From Chrysiogenales bacterium (GTDB lineage: Bacteria > Acidobacteriota > Aminicenantia > UBA2199), in NCBI GenBank assembly GCA_963700535.1, contig CAVOXU010000014.1, positions 176,733-240,732 on the forward strand: a DNA stretch of 64,000 nucleotides, given 5' to 3'. Shown here in pieces: positions 39,221-48,987 of the stretch. Both the position numbers and the translations under genes were made by a program. The notes under the pieces are model-generated. The model was not told the DNA's origin, did no database searches, and saw only the letters and a list, made by a program, of their open reading frames with translations. Each line of letters starts with the position of its first letter. Position 1 is the first letter of the stretch.

Positions 39221-40588
39221 TCACGAAAAGAACTCGTCGTGGACGGCGCGCACGGCCCGGTCCAGGTCCGAGCGTTTGACCATGAAATAGCAGGCCACGG
39301 GCGAGGCTCCGGCCGCGGCCATTTCCACGTTGATCTTTTCCCGGGCCACGGCTGTAAATATCCGCGCGTAGATGCCTTCTTTTTCCATCATTTTTTCACC
39401 GACCACGGCGATCAGGGCGATATGCTCCTCCAGAACGATTTTTTTGATGACGCCGTTGGTCAGCACTTTGATTCTCTGCAGGCTTTTTTGGCCGTCGCTT
39501 TGATCGACCAGCAGGTTGATGCATGTTTGCGAGGTGATTACCGAATAGATGTTGATCTTCCGGGCGGCCAGCAGCGAACTGAGGGCGGACATGATGCCCG
39601 GCTTGCAACCGACACCGGGCCCGTGAATGCGGATATTGGCCAGGTGCCGGTTGGCTGTGATCGAGGCCACCACGTCATCCCGGCCCGATTTTCCTGAAAA
39701 AATCTCGGTGCCCCGGTTTCCGGGCCGGTTCATATTCCTGACGAAAAGCCGGGTTTTTGTTCCGGCCAACGGTTCCACGGTGCGCGGATGCAGTATCTTG
39801 GCGCCGAAATAGGAAAGCTCGGCGGCTTCGGCAAAGGAAATCCGTTCAAGCTGGCGTGCCGTTTCCACCATGGACGGATCGGTGCTCATGAAGCCGTCGA
39901 CATCTTTCCATATTTCCAGGCGGTTTGCCTTTAATGCGAAGGCTACGGCGGCGGCGCTGTAATCGGAACCGTTGCGGCCCAGCAGGGTTATCGATCCGCT
40001 GCTGCCGCGGCCGAAAAAGCCGCTGATGACAGGAATGATGCCGCCCTGCAGCAGCGGCCTGACGCTGGTGCTGAAATGTTTTCGGGTGCGCTCACGGTCG
40101 ATGCTGGCGTTTTCGAAATTTTCATCGGTATATATCCCGATGAGGTGAGCGTCCAATGCCCTGGATTTCAGTCCCTGGCTGACCAGCAAACCGGCCAGCA
40201 GCCGGGCTGCCAGCCGTTCGCCGTAACTGAGCAGTTTGGCCCTGACCGCCGGGGTCAGATCGCCGTGGTAGGCTATGCCGGTCAGCAGCCTTCTGATCTG
40301 GGCCAGTTGGGAGTCAATCGCCGCCAGCAGGCGATGCTTCTCCCTGGGGGCCAAACGCAGCTCATCGATGATAACGCGATGTTTTTGGGTCAGGCGAACC
40401 AGGATGGCGGGAATATTCTTTTCACTTTTTTTGGATTGTTCGATGGCGGCCAACAGCTGTTCGGTGACGCCGGAGACTGCTGAAACCACAATGGCGGTGT
40501 TCTTTTGCCGGCCTATGATTTCGCCCACTTTCAGAAAAGCGGGGCCATCCTGCAGGCAGCCGCCGCCGAATTTCATTACCGTAATCAT
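39221..40588 (-). CDS. lysC: Aspartate kinase
   Basis: The N-terminus is MITVMKFGGGCL. The protein has an amino-acid kinase fold and C-terminal ACT-like regions. The start lies 1 nt after the asd stop. Confidence 0.9.
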   Translation of the reverse strand: MITVMKFGGGCLQDGPAFLKVGEIIGRQKNTAIVVSAVSGVTEQLLAAIEQSKKSEKNIPAILVRLTQKHRVIIDELRLAPREKHRLLAAIDSQLAQIRRLLTGIAYHGDLTPAVRAKLLSYGERLAARLLAGLLVSQGLKSRALDAHLIGIYTDENFENASIDRERTRKHFSTSVRPLLQGGIIPVISGFFGRGSSGSITLLGRNGSDYSAAAVAFALKANRLEIWKDVDGFMSTDPSMVETARQLERISFAEAAELSYFGAKILHPRTVEPLAGTKTRLFVRNMNRPGNRGTEIFSGKSGRDDVVASITANRHLANIRIHGPGVGCKPGIMSALSSLLAARKINIYSVITSQTCINLLVDQSDGQKSLQRIKVLTNGVIKKIVLEEHIALIAVVGEKMMEKEGIYARIFTAVAREKINVEMAAAGASPVACYFMVKRSDLDRAVRAVHDEFFS

Positions 40589-40589
40589 T

Positions 40590-41660
40590 TCATTCTCCTC
40601 CCAGCAGCATTTTTTTCATGGCCAGCTCGGCGTTCAGAACGCAGCCCCCGGCCGCTCCGCGCACCGTATTGTGCACCAACAGGAAGAAACTGCAGCGCTT
40701 CCCCTGGCAGCGCAGGCGGCCCACGGTCACGGCCATGCCCCGGGCCCGTTCCGGCTCACCGGCATGAACATCAAGGGCAGGCTGGGGACGATCGACGTTT
40801 TCTTGAACCAGAATAGGCTGCAACGGCGCTGTCGGCAAGGCCATTTGCTGCGGTTCGGCCCTGAAGCCGGCTAAGGCAGCTGCAATTTCGCCTGAACTGA
40901 CCGGCTCGGGGAATTCAACGGTAACGCTTTGCAAGTGTCCGTCTTTAACCGGGACGCGGCTGCAGGAGGGGTATATCTCCAAATCCTGATCGTGGATCCG
41001 TCCCGCCATCAGCTTTCCCAGTATTTTTCTGGTTTCGCGCCCGATCTTTTCCTCTTCATTGGCGATATAGGGAACAATATTTCCCAGAATGTCCCAGGCG
41101 GCGACACCGCGTTGGCCGCCTCCGGAAATGGCCTGGAAGGTAGTAACGGTAACGGCTTGCAAAGTAAAGGCGCTAAGTGGTTTTAAAACCAGAGCCAGTC
41201 CGGCTACTACGCAATTGGAATTGGTGACGATAAAGCCGGGAAATTCTCTTAATTGCTCCTCAGCCAACGCTAAATGGGTGGCATTCACTTCGGGGATCAG
41301 CACCGGCACCCGGTCATCCATGCGGTGAGAGCTGGCGTTGGTAAAAATATATAAACCGTTTTTACGTAATTCCAGCTCCAACTCTGTGGCGATGCCGGCA
41401 GGCAGGGCCGAAAACACGACCCGCGACCCGCTTTGCATTATAGCTGCAACCGTAGTATCTCGAATGACCAATGAATTTGTTTTGGCGCTGATGGCCAATT
41501 GCTGCCCAGAAGTTATAGTTTCGGCGAAGGGCTTGCCGCTGGAGCGCGGCGATGCGGTCAAGCATGACAACTCGAAATAGGGATGATTATCCAGCAGGCG
41601 GGCAAACTGTTGACCTACCAGCCCGTTACATCCCAATATGGCAGCCTTGATTTTTTTCAT
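40590..41660 (-). CDS. asd: Aspartate-semialdehyde dehydrogenase
   Basis: The N-terminus is MKKIKAAILGCNGLVGQ and the active-site motif is SNCVVAG. The start overlaps the upstream stop (ATGA). Confidence 0.9.
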   Translation of the reverse strand: MKKIKAAILGCNGLVGQQFARLLDNHPYFELSCLTASPRSSGKPFAETITSGQQLAISAKTNSLVIRDTTVAAIMQSGSRVVFSALPAGIATELELELRKNGLYIFTNASSHRMDDRVPVLIPEVNATHLALAEEQLREFPGFIVTNSNCVVAGLALVLKPLSAFTLQAVTVTTFQAISGGGQRGVAAWDILGNIVPYIANEEEKIGRETRKILGKLMAGRIHDQDLEIYPSCSRVPVKDGHLQSVTVEFPEPVSSGEIAAALAGFRAEPQQMALPTAPLQPILVQENVDRPQPALDVHAGEPERARGMAVTVGRLRCQGKRCSFFLLVHNTVRGAAGGCVLNAELAMKKMLLGGE

Positions 41661-42409
41661 GATGGCCTCGCGGATGTGCTGATGATCCTGGTGTCGACGG
41701 GAACGCGAACGATCTGCGGCAGTTTCCCGCCCAGACCCAGGCGGTCGCCGGCCACGACCAGCAGCCCCTCGACCCCGTCCGCCAGGGTGTCGCGGATGGC
41801 CTGGTCGATGGTCTCCTCGCTCGCTTGCCTGACGCGATTGCCCAGGGCGGTAGCCATGGCGTCGGCCAGGCTGCCGCTTTCTGCGATGATTGTTGCCGCG
41901 TCGGCGCGACCGAAGGAGAGCGAATGACCCACGGTCCCCGACGAGGTGCAGACCGAAAAGATACCCGGCCGTGGTTCAAAGCTCAAGGCGATGTCGCGGA
42001 TCTTTGCCGATCCGGTGAAGATGCCGATCCTCACCGGCTGATCGATGTGCAGCACCACGTCGCCGCCATTGTCCACGATGACGTGGCGGGCCCCGGCCGC
42101 GACCAACGCCTCCACCGTGACCTGGGCGATGGCGCCGGCTACTGCGGCCATGGGACCGACGCCGGCCAGGGCGGCGGCAGCGGCCATGCGCCTGGCCACT
42201 CCCGGTGCCTCCATGTCGATGAGCAGCGGTTCCAGCGAGGTGAGGAAGCGCGGCTGGGCTGCGATATACGTTTCGATCTCTTCTCGGGCTGCAAACAGCG
42301 TCCGCTCTGCCAGGGACATGAAGCGCTCCTCGGCGATCACCGTGACATGGGTTTCCTTGATATGAAATTGCTTCCTGATCACGTCATTGGCCATCCTGTC
42401 CTCCGTCAA
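41657..42409 (-). CDS. UPF0280 / COG2122 (ApbE-like) protein, linked to sulfide assimilation for homocysteine synthesis
   Basis: Motifs are GVGPMAAVAGAIAQ, VIVDNGGDV and CTSSGTVGHSLSFG. It lies between DUF39 and asd and overlaps both. Confidence 0.7.
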   Translation of the reverse strand: MTEDRMANDVIRKQFHIKETHVTVIAEERFMSLAERTLFAAREEIETYIAAQPRFLTSLEPLLIDMEAPGVARRMAAAAALAGVGPMAAVAGAIAQVTVEALVAAGARHVIVDNGGDVVLHIDQPVRIGIFTGSAKIRDIALSFEPRPGIFSVCTSSGTVGHSLSFGRADAATIIAESGSLADAMATALGNRVRQASEETIDQAIRDTLADGVEGLLVVAGDRLGLGGKLPQIVRVPVDTRIISTSARPS

Positions 42410-43757
42410 TAGCTCCCACCGGACAGAGGCGGTCGCAGCGGCCGCAGCCCGTGCACTTCCCGGTATCCGCGTTCACCCGCCACTGCGCATTTCGGCTGAA
42501 GACCTTCATGGGACAAATGCCCAGGCATTGTCCGCAGGAAAAGCACAATCCCTCATCCCAGGCTATGCGCGGCCAAGCCGGCCTGGACAGGACCGCGGGA
42601 CGGCGCCTGTAAAAAAGATCCGGCCGCTGCGCAGGCGGCTTCATGGCCAGCGGCGCGGCGGAACCTTGAGCGGGAATTTTGGCCACCGGTTCGCTCAAAA
42701 GAAAACTACCTGCCTCGATCCATTGCTTCAGAGTCAGGGCCACTTCACTGGACTTGCTGAAGCTGACCATGGGGGAAGCGGGAACTTCACGGTCGCCGAT
42801 GCGCACCGTACCCGACTTCAGCTGTTCGTAGCTGAACCTGCCCAGCACCGGCCTCTTGCTTGAGGCTACGGAGTAGTCCATGACATCGGTTTCAATGTCG
42901 CGGTCGCGAATGGCTGTTTTACTGGCGATGGCGGCGTTGAGAACCGGGATAGGAATGCCAATGCCGACGTACATGGAACTGCCGTAGCCATGAAAAAACG
43001 CCGCCTTAAGAAATTCACCGCTCATCTGCTTCAAATCGCCCTGCACCATCAGGGTGGCAAACTGGGCATCGGGATTGTGCTGGGTTCCTGAACTGGTGAC
43101 ATAACCGACGCCGCCGCCCAGGAAGATACGGGTGCCGATGCCGACGGTTTCCAGGTCGGGATCGTTTATTAGCGGTGACAGCTCTCCGGCGCCTGAAAAG
43201 TTGACATTGGCGCAGCCGGGCAGGAGCTTGCCCATATAGGTGTGCAGAATGCGGTCGCCGGAATTGGCGGCGGCATTGTAGCGCTGGTAGGCGTTGCGGG
43301 GATTGCTCATGACCGCCTGGTTCAACTCGGCTAGGGTGATCTCGCTGAGGAACTCTTTGCGTGGATAGCAGTCCGTGCCATAGGAGACGGCGCGCAGCAC
43401 CACCGGTTTTCCCAGCAGCAAATCTTCAATGACATGGGCGCCGCCATAGCCCATGCTAAGAGTCTCGCAAGGCTGGGTGACGCCCAGGTATGCATCCACG
43501 GCCGCCACCCCGGCATAGGCCTCGACATCGTTGAGCCAGACACGGGTCATTTTTATCGGCGGGTCGGAGTGGCCGAAATTCAGCCAGACACCCGATGAGC
43601 ACATGGCCCCGAAGGTGCCGGTGGTGACCACGTCGACTGCGGCGGCGGCGCCTTCGGCACCCAGCTCCTCCACAATTGCCGGCATTGCGGCGGCCGTGAC
43701 CACGCGCACGGTTTTATCCAGGATTTTGCGATTGATTTCTTTGACAGTCTTGGACAT
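42384..43757 (-). CDS. Homocysteine biosynthesis protein (DUF39/COG1900) fused to a C-terminal 2x[4Fe-4S] ferredoxin domain
   Basis: DUF39 motifs are VDVVTTGTFGAMCSSG, GGAHVIEDLL and IGTRIFLGGGVGYV. The C-terminal cluster motifs are CFSCGQCLGICP and CTGCGRCDRLCP. Confidence 0.8.
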   Translation of the reverse strand: MSKTVKEINRKILDKTVRVVTAAAMPAIVEELGAEGAAAAVDVVTTGTFGAMCSSGVWLNFGHSDPPIKMTRVWLNDVEAYAGVAAVDAYLGVTQPCETLSMGYGGAHVIEDLLLGKPVVLRAVSYGTDCYPRKEFLSEITLAELNQAVMSNPRNAYQRYNAAANSGDRILHTYMGKLLPGCANVNFSGAGELSPLINDPDLETVGIGTRIFLGGGVGYVTSSGTQHNPDAQFATLMVQGDLKQMSGEFLKAAFFHGYGSSMYVGIGIPIPVLNAAIASKTAIRDRDIETDVMDYSVASSKRPVLGRFSYEQLKSGTVRIGDREVPASPMVSFSKSSEVALTLKQWIEAGSFLLSEPVAKIPAQGSAAPLAMKPPAQRPDLFYRRRPAVLSRPAWPRIAWDEGLCFSCGQCLGICPMKVFSRNAQWRVNADTGKCTGCGRCDRLCPVGAIDGGQDGQ

Positions 43758-43906
43758 GATATGCCTCCATTTTTGGTTTTTGGGGAATTGGTCAGATGGG
43801 GGGGATTTCCCGAACTCGCGCTTAAAGGGAAAGCGCCGAGTCCGGGCTGGGCATGATCATGCAGTGCGTGAAAAAGTTAATTTTGCACATGGCTGTCTCG
43901 GGCGGA

Positions 43907-43935
43907 AGTTTACAACAAACGCCTCCGCCTGTCAA
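43907..43935 (-). promoter_or_regulatory. Sigma-70-type promoter of the homocysteine operon
   Basis: On the minus strand the layout is TTGACA, a 17-nt spacer, then TAAACT. This implies a leader of about 140 nt before the ATG at 43757. Confidence 0.5.
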
Positions 43936-44024
43936 CTACCGCGGCATAAAAAAATATCTGGAGTCTTTAATTGCTTCAATAACTGGGGAAGAAAAAAAGA
44001 ACTGTAAGGGTGACAAGAATCCCA

Positions 44025-44055
44025 GCCGGCGGCATCCATTGGTGATGCCGCCGGC
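44025..44055 (-). terminator. Stem-loop downstream of the PEGA gene
   Basis: A perfect 12-bp stem (gccggcggcatc / gatgccgccggc) has loop cattggt. The trailing segment is only moderately T-rich. Confidence 0.45.
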
Positions 44056-44098
44056 GAGGATATCGATTTACATCTTCCTGCTTTAAAAACTCTCTTTT

Positions 44099-45444
44099 TT
44101 AATTGTGACCGGAAGAACTCTGGTCCGTAACCGGCACGGCGATCACTTTTTCGCCCGGCACCAGGCCGGCGGTGGCGCCGATGTCGAGCTTGGCATAATC
44201 GTAATGCAATTCGGTCTGCACATTGCCGCTGTAAAAAGGCAGGACGCAGAACCCCGGGATCGAAGCTGGAGTCACTGAACGAGTAGATCAGATAGCCGTT
44301 CAAATAAAAAGAATAATTGCTCCCGGCGCGAACGATCTTCATGGTATTCCAGGCTCCCAGACCTTTGTTGACCCTGGCATGGTAGCTCCAGATTTTGATG
44401 CTCGCTGATGTCCTGAGCCGGTTGCCAAGTTCTTTCCGGTTACTTCCAGATGGAATAATATCCATTGGTAGTGTAATTGAACAAGTAGCCATTGACCGAG
44501 TTCATGTTGGTGCAGGTGCTGAGAAGAATGGAATTGGAACTGCTTGTCGATCCGGCCACGCGTTTCATCTTCACTTCGACTGTATAGGTGGATGATGGAA
44601 AAACGGTGTTGTAGTAACTGTACTGCCAATCGGCAACCGTGGTGTTGGCTTTGTACAAGCCACCGGCAACGGTCCAGTCGCTGGCGATATAGGGCACCCA
44701 GCAGGTGGCGGGCACCAGGAAGTTGTCCAGGATCCCCTGCACCAGGGTGGTGCTGATATTGTAGGTCTGGCCCACGACCACGCTCTGGACCCTGGTGTAG
44801 TCCTTGTAGCCGCACTGGCGCAGCAGGTAGGTGTGCGTGCCGGCGCTGGTGTAGCTGAAACTGGCCGGGGTGGTCTTGCCGCTGTCGACGTAGTTGTCGT
44901 AGATCTTGGCGCCGCTGGGAGTGGAAGTGATATTGACAACCGCGCCGTAGGTGGCCGAAACATCAAGGGTATGCGCCTTGTCCATGGTCACGGTGCCGCT
45001 GGTCGCCACCGGCACACCGTCCAGCTTGACCTGCAGGTTGCCGTAGCCCGCCTCGGTGGAGTAGCTGTAGCTGACGACCGCGTTTTTCTTGAACTTGGCC
45101 GTTGCCGCCGGCGTGCCGGTGCAGCCCTGGCCGAGGTTGACCGTCAGGGCGAACTTTTTGTTCAAAACCAAAAAGAAAACTGCCGCCGCGCCGATCACGA
45201 CCACGGCACCGACGATCAGCCAGGGGAATTTTTTTCCTTTCTTGACAACAGGAGCGGATTCCTCCTGTTCAATGAAGCCGGGGCTTTCTTCCTCCGTGCT
45301 TGCCGCTGCTGCGGTCGAACTTTTTTCAGTCGCCGGAGCTGTGGGCGCCGCCGGAGACTGGTTGGCCCAGAAACACATCATGATCGTGAATGCGACCATC
45401 ACGAACATGGAAACGGGTTTGCGGTGAAAATTCACGAATTTCAT
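44099..45444 (-). CDS. Membrane protein with a PEGA domain and a C-terminal LamG/DUF1080-like lectin-fold domain; two apparent frameshifts (near 44442 and 44255)
   Basis: ORF 44440..45444 has two TM segments and a PEGA-like stretch VNITSTPSGAKIYDNYVDSGKTTPASF...LLRQCGYKDY. It continues in ORF 43932..44492 (NRKELGNRLRTSASIKIWSYHARVNKGLGAWNTMKIVRAGSNYSFYLNG). A third frame then reads FCVLPFYSGNVQTELHYDYAKLDIG...SSSGHN, with the stop at 44099. Confidence 0.6.
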
Positions 45445-45464
45445 TTTTCCCTCCTTTAGGGTTT

Positions 45465-45493
45465 ATTTTACTAATATACGAGATTATTTTCAA
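45465..45493 (-). promoter_or_regulatory. Sigma-70 promoter of the PEGA gene
   Basis: On the minus strand the layout is TTGAAA, a 17-nt spacer, then TAAAAT, followed by AAGGAGGG and the ATG. Confidence 0.55.
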
Positions 45494-45656
45494 TGTCTCA
45501 AAAAAAAATATCATTAGCTCGTCCATGAAAATTTCGTTCATTCCGACCTGCGCGCATCCGGGGGAAATGGCCGGATTCAGTTGATTTTTAAATGAGGACG
45601 TGTTACATAAGCGATCAGGCTTTAAAACTGTCAAAAAATTTGTCCGTGAGACACCC

Positions 45657-46424
45657 ATGATCATGTTCAGAAATGCCTTGGTACGACAGCCCTGCCGCAA
45701 TATGGTCAATGGGCTTACGTCGGCCGCGCTGGGCCGGCCCGATTACGAAAAAGCGCTGACTCAGCACGAAGTCTATGTCCAGGCACTGCGCTCATGCGGG
45801 TTGAATGTCACGGTGCTGGCCGCCGATGAAGCCTATCCCGATTCGGTCTTTATCGAGGATACGGCGGTATTGAGCGAAAGGGTGGCCGTGATCGCCCGCC
45901 CCGGTGTTCCCAGCCGCCTGGGCGAGGAAAAGGCCGTAGCCGCGGTCCTGCGCTCTCATTATCCTGACCTGGAAGCCATTGCCGCTCCCGGGACCCTGGA
46001 GGGTGGGGACGTATTCAGGGCCGGAGAGCATTTCTTTGTCGGCATTTCCGGGCGAACCAATCCGGAAGGGGCGCGGCAGCTGGCCATGATTTTGAAAAAT
46101 TACGGCTACAGCAGCACTACCGTTCCGCTCCATGATGTGCTGCACCTGAAAACCGGCTTGGCCTACCTGGAAAATGACCATTTGCTGGCCGGCGGCGAAT
46201 TCCTGGATCACCCCTTGCTGTCCGGTTTCCAGATCATCCCGATCGCCCCGGCCGAGGCCTATGCCGCCAATTCGGTCTGGATCAATGGCCGCGTTCTGGT
46301 CCCATCCGGCTTCCCGCAAACAAGGAAAAACATAGAGGCGCTCGGTTATGAAACGCTAGCCTTGGATGTTTCCGAATTCCGCAAGCTGGACGGCGGCTTG
46401 AGCTGCCTGTCGCTGCGCTTTTAA
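45657..46424 (+). CDS. Dimethylarginine dimethylaminohydrolase-like amidinotransferase-fold enzyme
   Basis: The internal start of ORF 45600..46424 is MIMFRNALVR. Motifs are DSVFIEDTAV and HLKTGLAYL, and the C-terminal catalytic Cys motif is LDGGLSCLSLRF. Confidence 0.75.
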   Translation: MIMFRNALVRQPCRNMVNGLTSAALGRPDYEKALTQHEVYVQALRSCGLNVTVLAADEAYPDSVFIEDTAVLSERVAVIARPGVPSRLGEEKAVAAVLRSHYPDLEAIAAPGTLEGGDVFRAGEHFFVGISGRTNPEGARQLAMILKNYGYSSTTVPLHDVLHLKTGLAYLENDHLLAGGEFLDHPLLSGFQIIPIAPAEAYAANSVWINGRVLVPSGFPQTRKNIEALGYETLALDVSEFRKLDGGLSCLSLRF

Positions 46425-48905
46425 TTTTTTGGCGCGGGCAGGCGTTTCCTGATCTCGGCCAGGGGCAGGACGTAGACACCGCGACCATAGGTGGCCAGGA
46501 GCATGATCTTGTCGCGGCGGTGGATAAAGATGTCGAAAACCGGGACCACAGGCAGGTTCCCCTGCAGGGATTGCCAGGAGGCGCCGGAGTCAGTGCTGAT
46601 ATACGGGCCGCGGTCGCTGCCCAGGTAGAGGATCTCCTCATTGTCCGGATCTTCGGCCAGCGCGTTCAATGGTTCGGCCGGGAGCCGGTTTGACAGCGAT
46701 TCCCAATCCAGGCCCGAATTTTCCGATGCAAAAAGGTAAGCCCGGGAATCATCGTCCCTGCTGCCGTTCATGGTCACGTAAACCTTTTGCGCGTGGAAGC
46801 GGGAAGCCACGATGCGGCTGACCCACTTTTTTGGCAGCACCCGGCTGATATTTTGCCATGGTGATCCGCCGGCGGCCTTCAACCACACGTTGCCGTCGTC
46901 GGTCCCGGCGTAAAGGGCGCCCGGTTTGAGTTCGGATTCGGCCAGGGCGGTTATGGTGGCGAAGGGCGTGTTGCCGGCGACTTCATGCCGTTCACTGAGA
47001 TCGGGAGAGATTTCCTGCCAGGATGAACCGTTGTCGCTTGAGCGCAGCACCTTGTTGGCGCCGAAAAAAATCTCCCCTTCACGCTGTCTGGAGGCCAGCA
47101 GCGGTGCCAGCCAGTTGAAACGGTAGGGTTCGAAATTTCGCGGTGACTTGGGCTTGATGGACACGATTTTGTCGCCCCCGGCTTCGAAACGGACCAGGGT
47201 CCCGAACTGGGCCGCGGCAAACAGCACCGGCGGCGGGCCGGGCAGCGGTGCGACGTAAGCGCCATCGCCGCCGAGCAGCATGCGCCAGGATGTCTGGCTG
47301 CCCGGGGGCTGTGTCAGCGGCCGGGAAACCAGGACGCCGTTGTCCTGGGTGCCGATAAAAATATTGGCCGGGCTCTGGTTGTCGGCAATGACCGTATAGC
47401 ATTGGCTGATGGAAAGGTTGTCGATCTTGCTCCAGCTTTGCCCGCCATCATCGGAAAGGTTGATGCCGCCGTCGTTGCCCAGGATGAGGCGGCGGGGATC
47501 ATGGGGTGCTATCCACAGCGCGTGATGGTCACGGTGGACCAGGGCGTCGGCGTAGGGGCGCTGATCGGCCGCGATCCTGGTGAAGGTTCGGCCGCCGTCA
47601 TTCGAAACATATGCCGATACGCCCAATATATATATGCGGTCTTCATTGTCCGGGGCCACGCGGATCTGGCCGAAATAAAATCCGTAGGTGTAATACATGT
47701 CCTCGATATAGTCGAGGTTCATTTTTTGCCAGTGGCGCCCGCTGTCACTGCTGCGGTATACTTCGGCCCCGACCGTATTCGGATTCAAGCGGCGCTCGTT
47801 GGCGTCGAAAAGCATCTGGGCGATCAACTGGGGAGTAAAGCGGCCGGAGCGCACGAAATTTTTCAGGATGGCCGGGCTGAAGACCTTGGGAGCTCTATTC
47901 TCTTCCAGAAAAAGGGCCAGGTTTTCGTCGGCAAGGTTGAGAAAATCTGCAGGAATCATTTCCCCCAGTTCGGCCACGGTCAAGCCGCTTCTTTTGTTTC
48001 CGAGCGCCGTGCGGCCCGAATTTTTGGCTTCCTGGCTGTCGAGCAGGGCGTAGACCACGGCCGGGTTGGAGCGGCTGACGGCCAGCCCGATGCGGCCGAT
48101 CTGACGGTTCTGGGGAAGTCCGGCGCTTAATCTCTGCCAATTGCCGCCGCCATCAATTGTTTTGTAAATGCCGCTTTCCGGGCCGCTGGCAGTGAATTGC
48201 CATGGTCTTCTTTCCCTTTGCCAGGCCGCGGCATACAGGATCTTATGGTTCTGCGGATCCATGGCCAGGTCAATGACGCCGGTTTTTTCACTGATGAAAA
48301 GGATTTGTTTCCAGGTTTTGCCGCCGTCCGTGGTCTTGAACACACCGCGTTCGGCATTGGCCGCATAAAGGTTGCCGGGGGCAGCCGCGTAAACCGTGTC
48401 TGGTTCCCGGGGATCGATCAGGATGCGGGCGATATGCCGCGTCGCGGCCAGTCCCATGTGCTGCCAGTTTTTGCCCGCATCCAGGCTCTTGAACACGCCG
48501 CAGCCCGCAAATGAATAGGTCTGGGCGTTGCTTTCGCCGCTGCCCAGCCAGATCAGGTTTTCATTGCTTTGGCTTACGGCGATATCCCCGATCGATGCGC
48601 TGGCTTCCCGGTCAAAGGCGGAGCGCCAGGTCCGCCCCCGGTTTTCGGTCAGCCACAACCCGCCTGTGGCCGCGGCCGCCCAGAACTTTCCCGGATGAAG
48701 GTCATAGCCTTCGACATCCACCACCCGGCCGCCGCAAAAAGTCGGGCCGATGTTTTTCCAGTTGAGGTCATGAAAAGGAGAGTTGTTCCAGCAGGGCGCG
48801 ATGCCGGGAAAATCCACCCGGGCTTTCCTCTTCGCCAGCGCTTCCCCGGAATCCCAGGACCAGCAAACCCAGCAAAGCGAACAGTGTGGTCTTGCTAACT
48901 GTCAT
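46421..48905 (-). CDS. Secreted BNR/Asp-box (sortilin/VPS10-like) beta-propeller protein; apparent frameshift near 48820
   Basis: There are at least 8 Asp-box motifs (TTDGGKTWKQ, SLDAGKNWQH, TIDGGGNWQR, SSDSGRHWQK, SDDGGQSWSK, SSDNGSSWQE, STDSGASWQS). A signal peptide MTVSKTTLFALLGLLVLG is found in the adjacent frame at 48905. Confidence 0.75.
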
Positions 48906-48987
48906 TTTCTGCCTGCGCCATGATGCGACCTCCACATCCATTATAAGCGATTGGCAAAAAAAATGGGCGCTGTGTTAAAATAAAGGC

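Noticed and set aside
43758-43905. A SAM-I (S-box), SAM-II or SAH riboswitch in the homocysteine operon leader
   Set aside because: I could not find the conserved cores by eye, for example the GAGGGA...GCAACC...AGAU elements of the S-box. I kept it only as an unclassified structured leader pending an Rfam scan.
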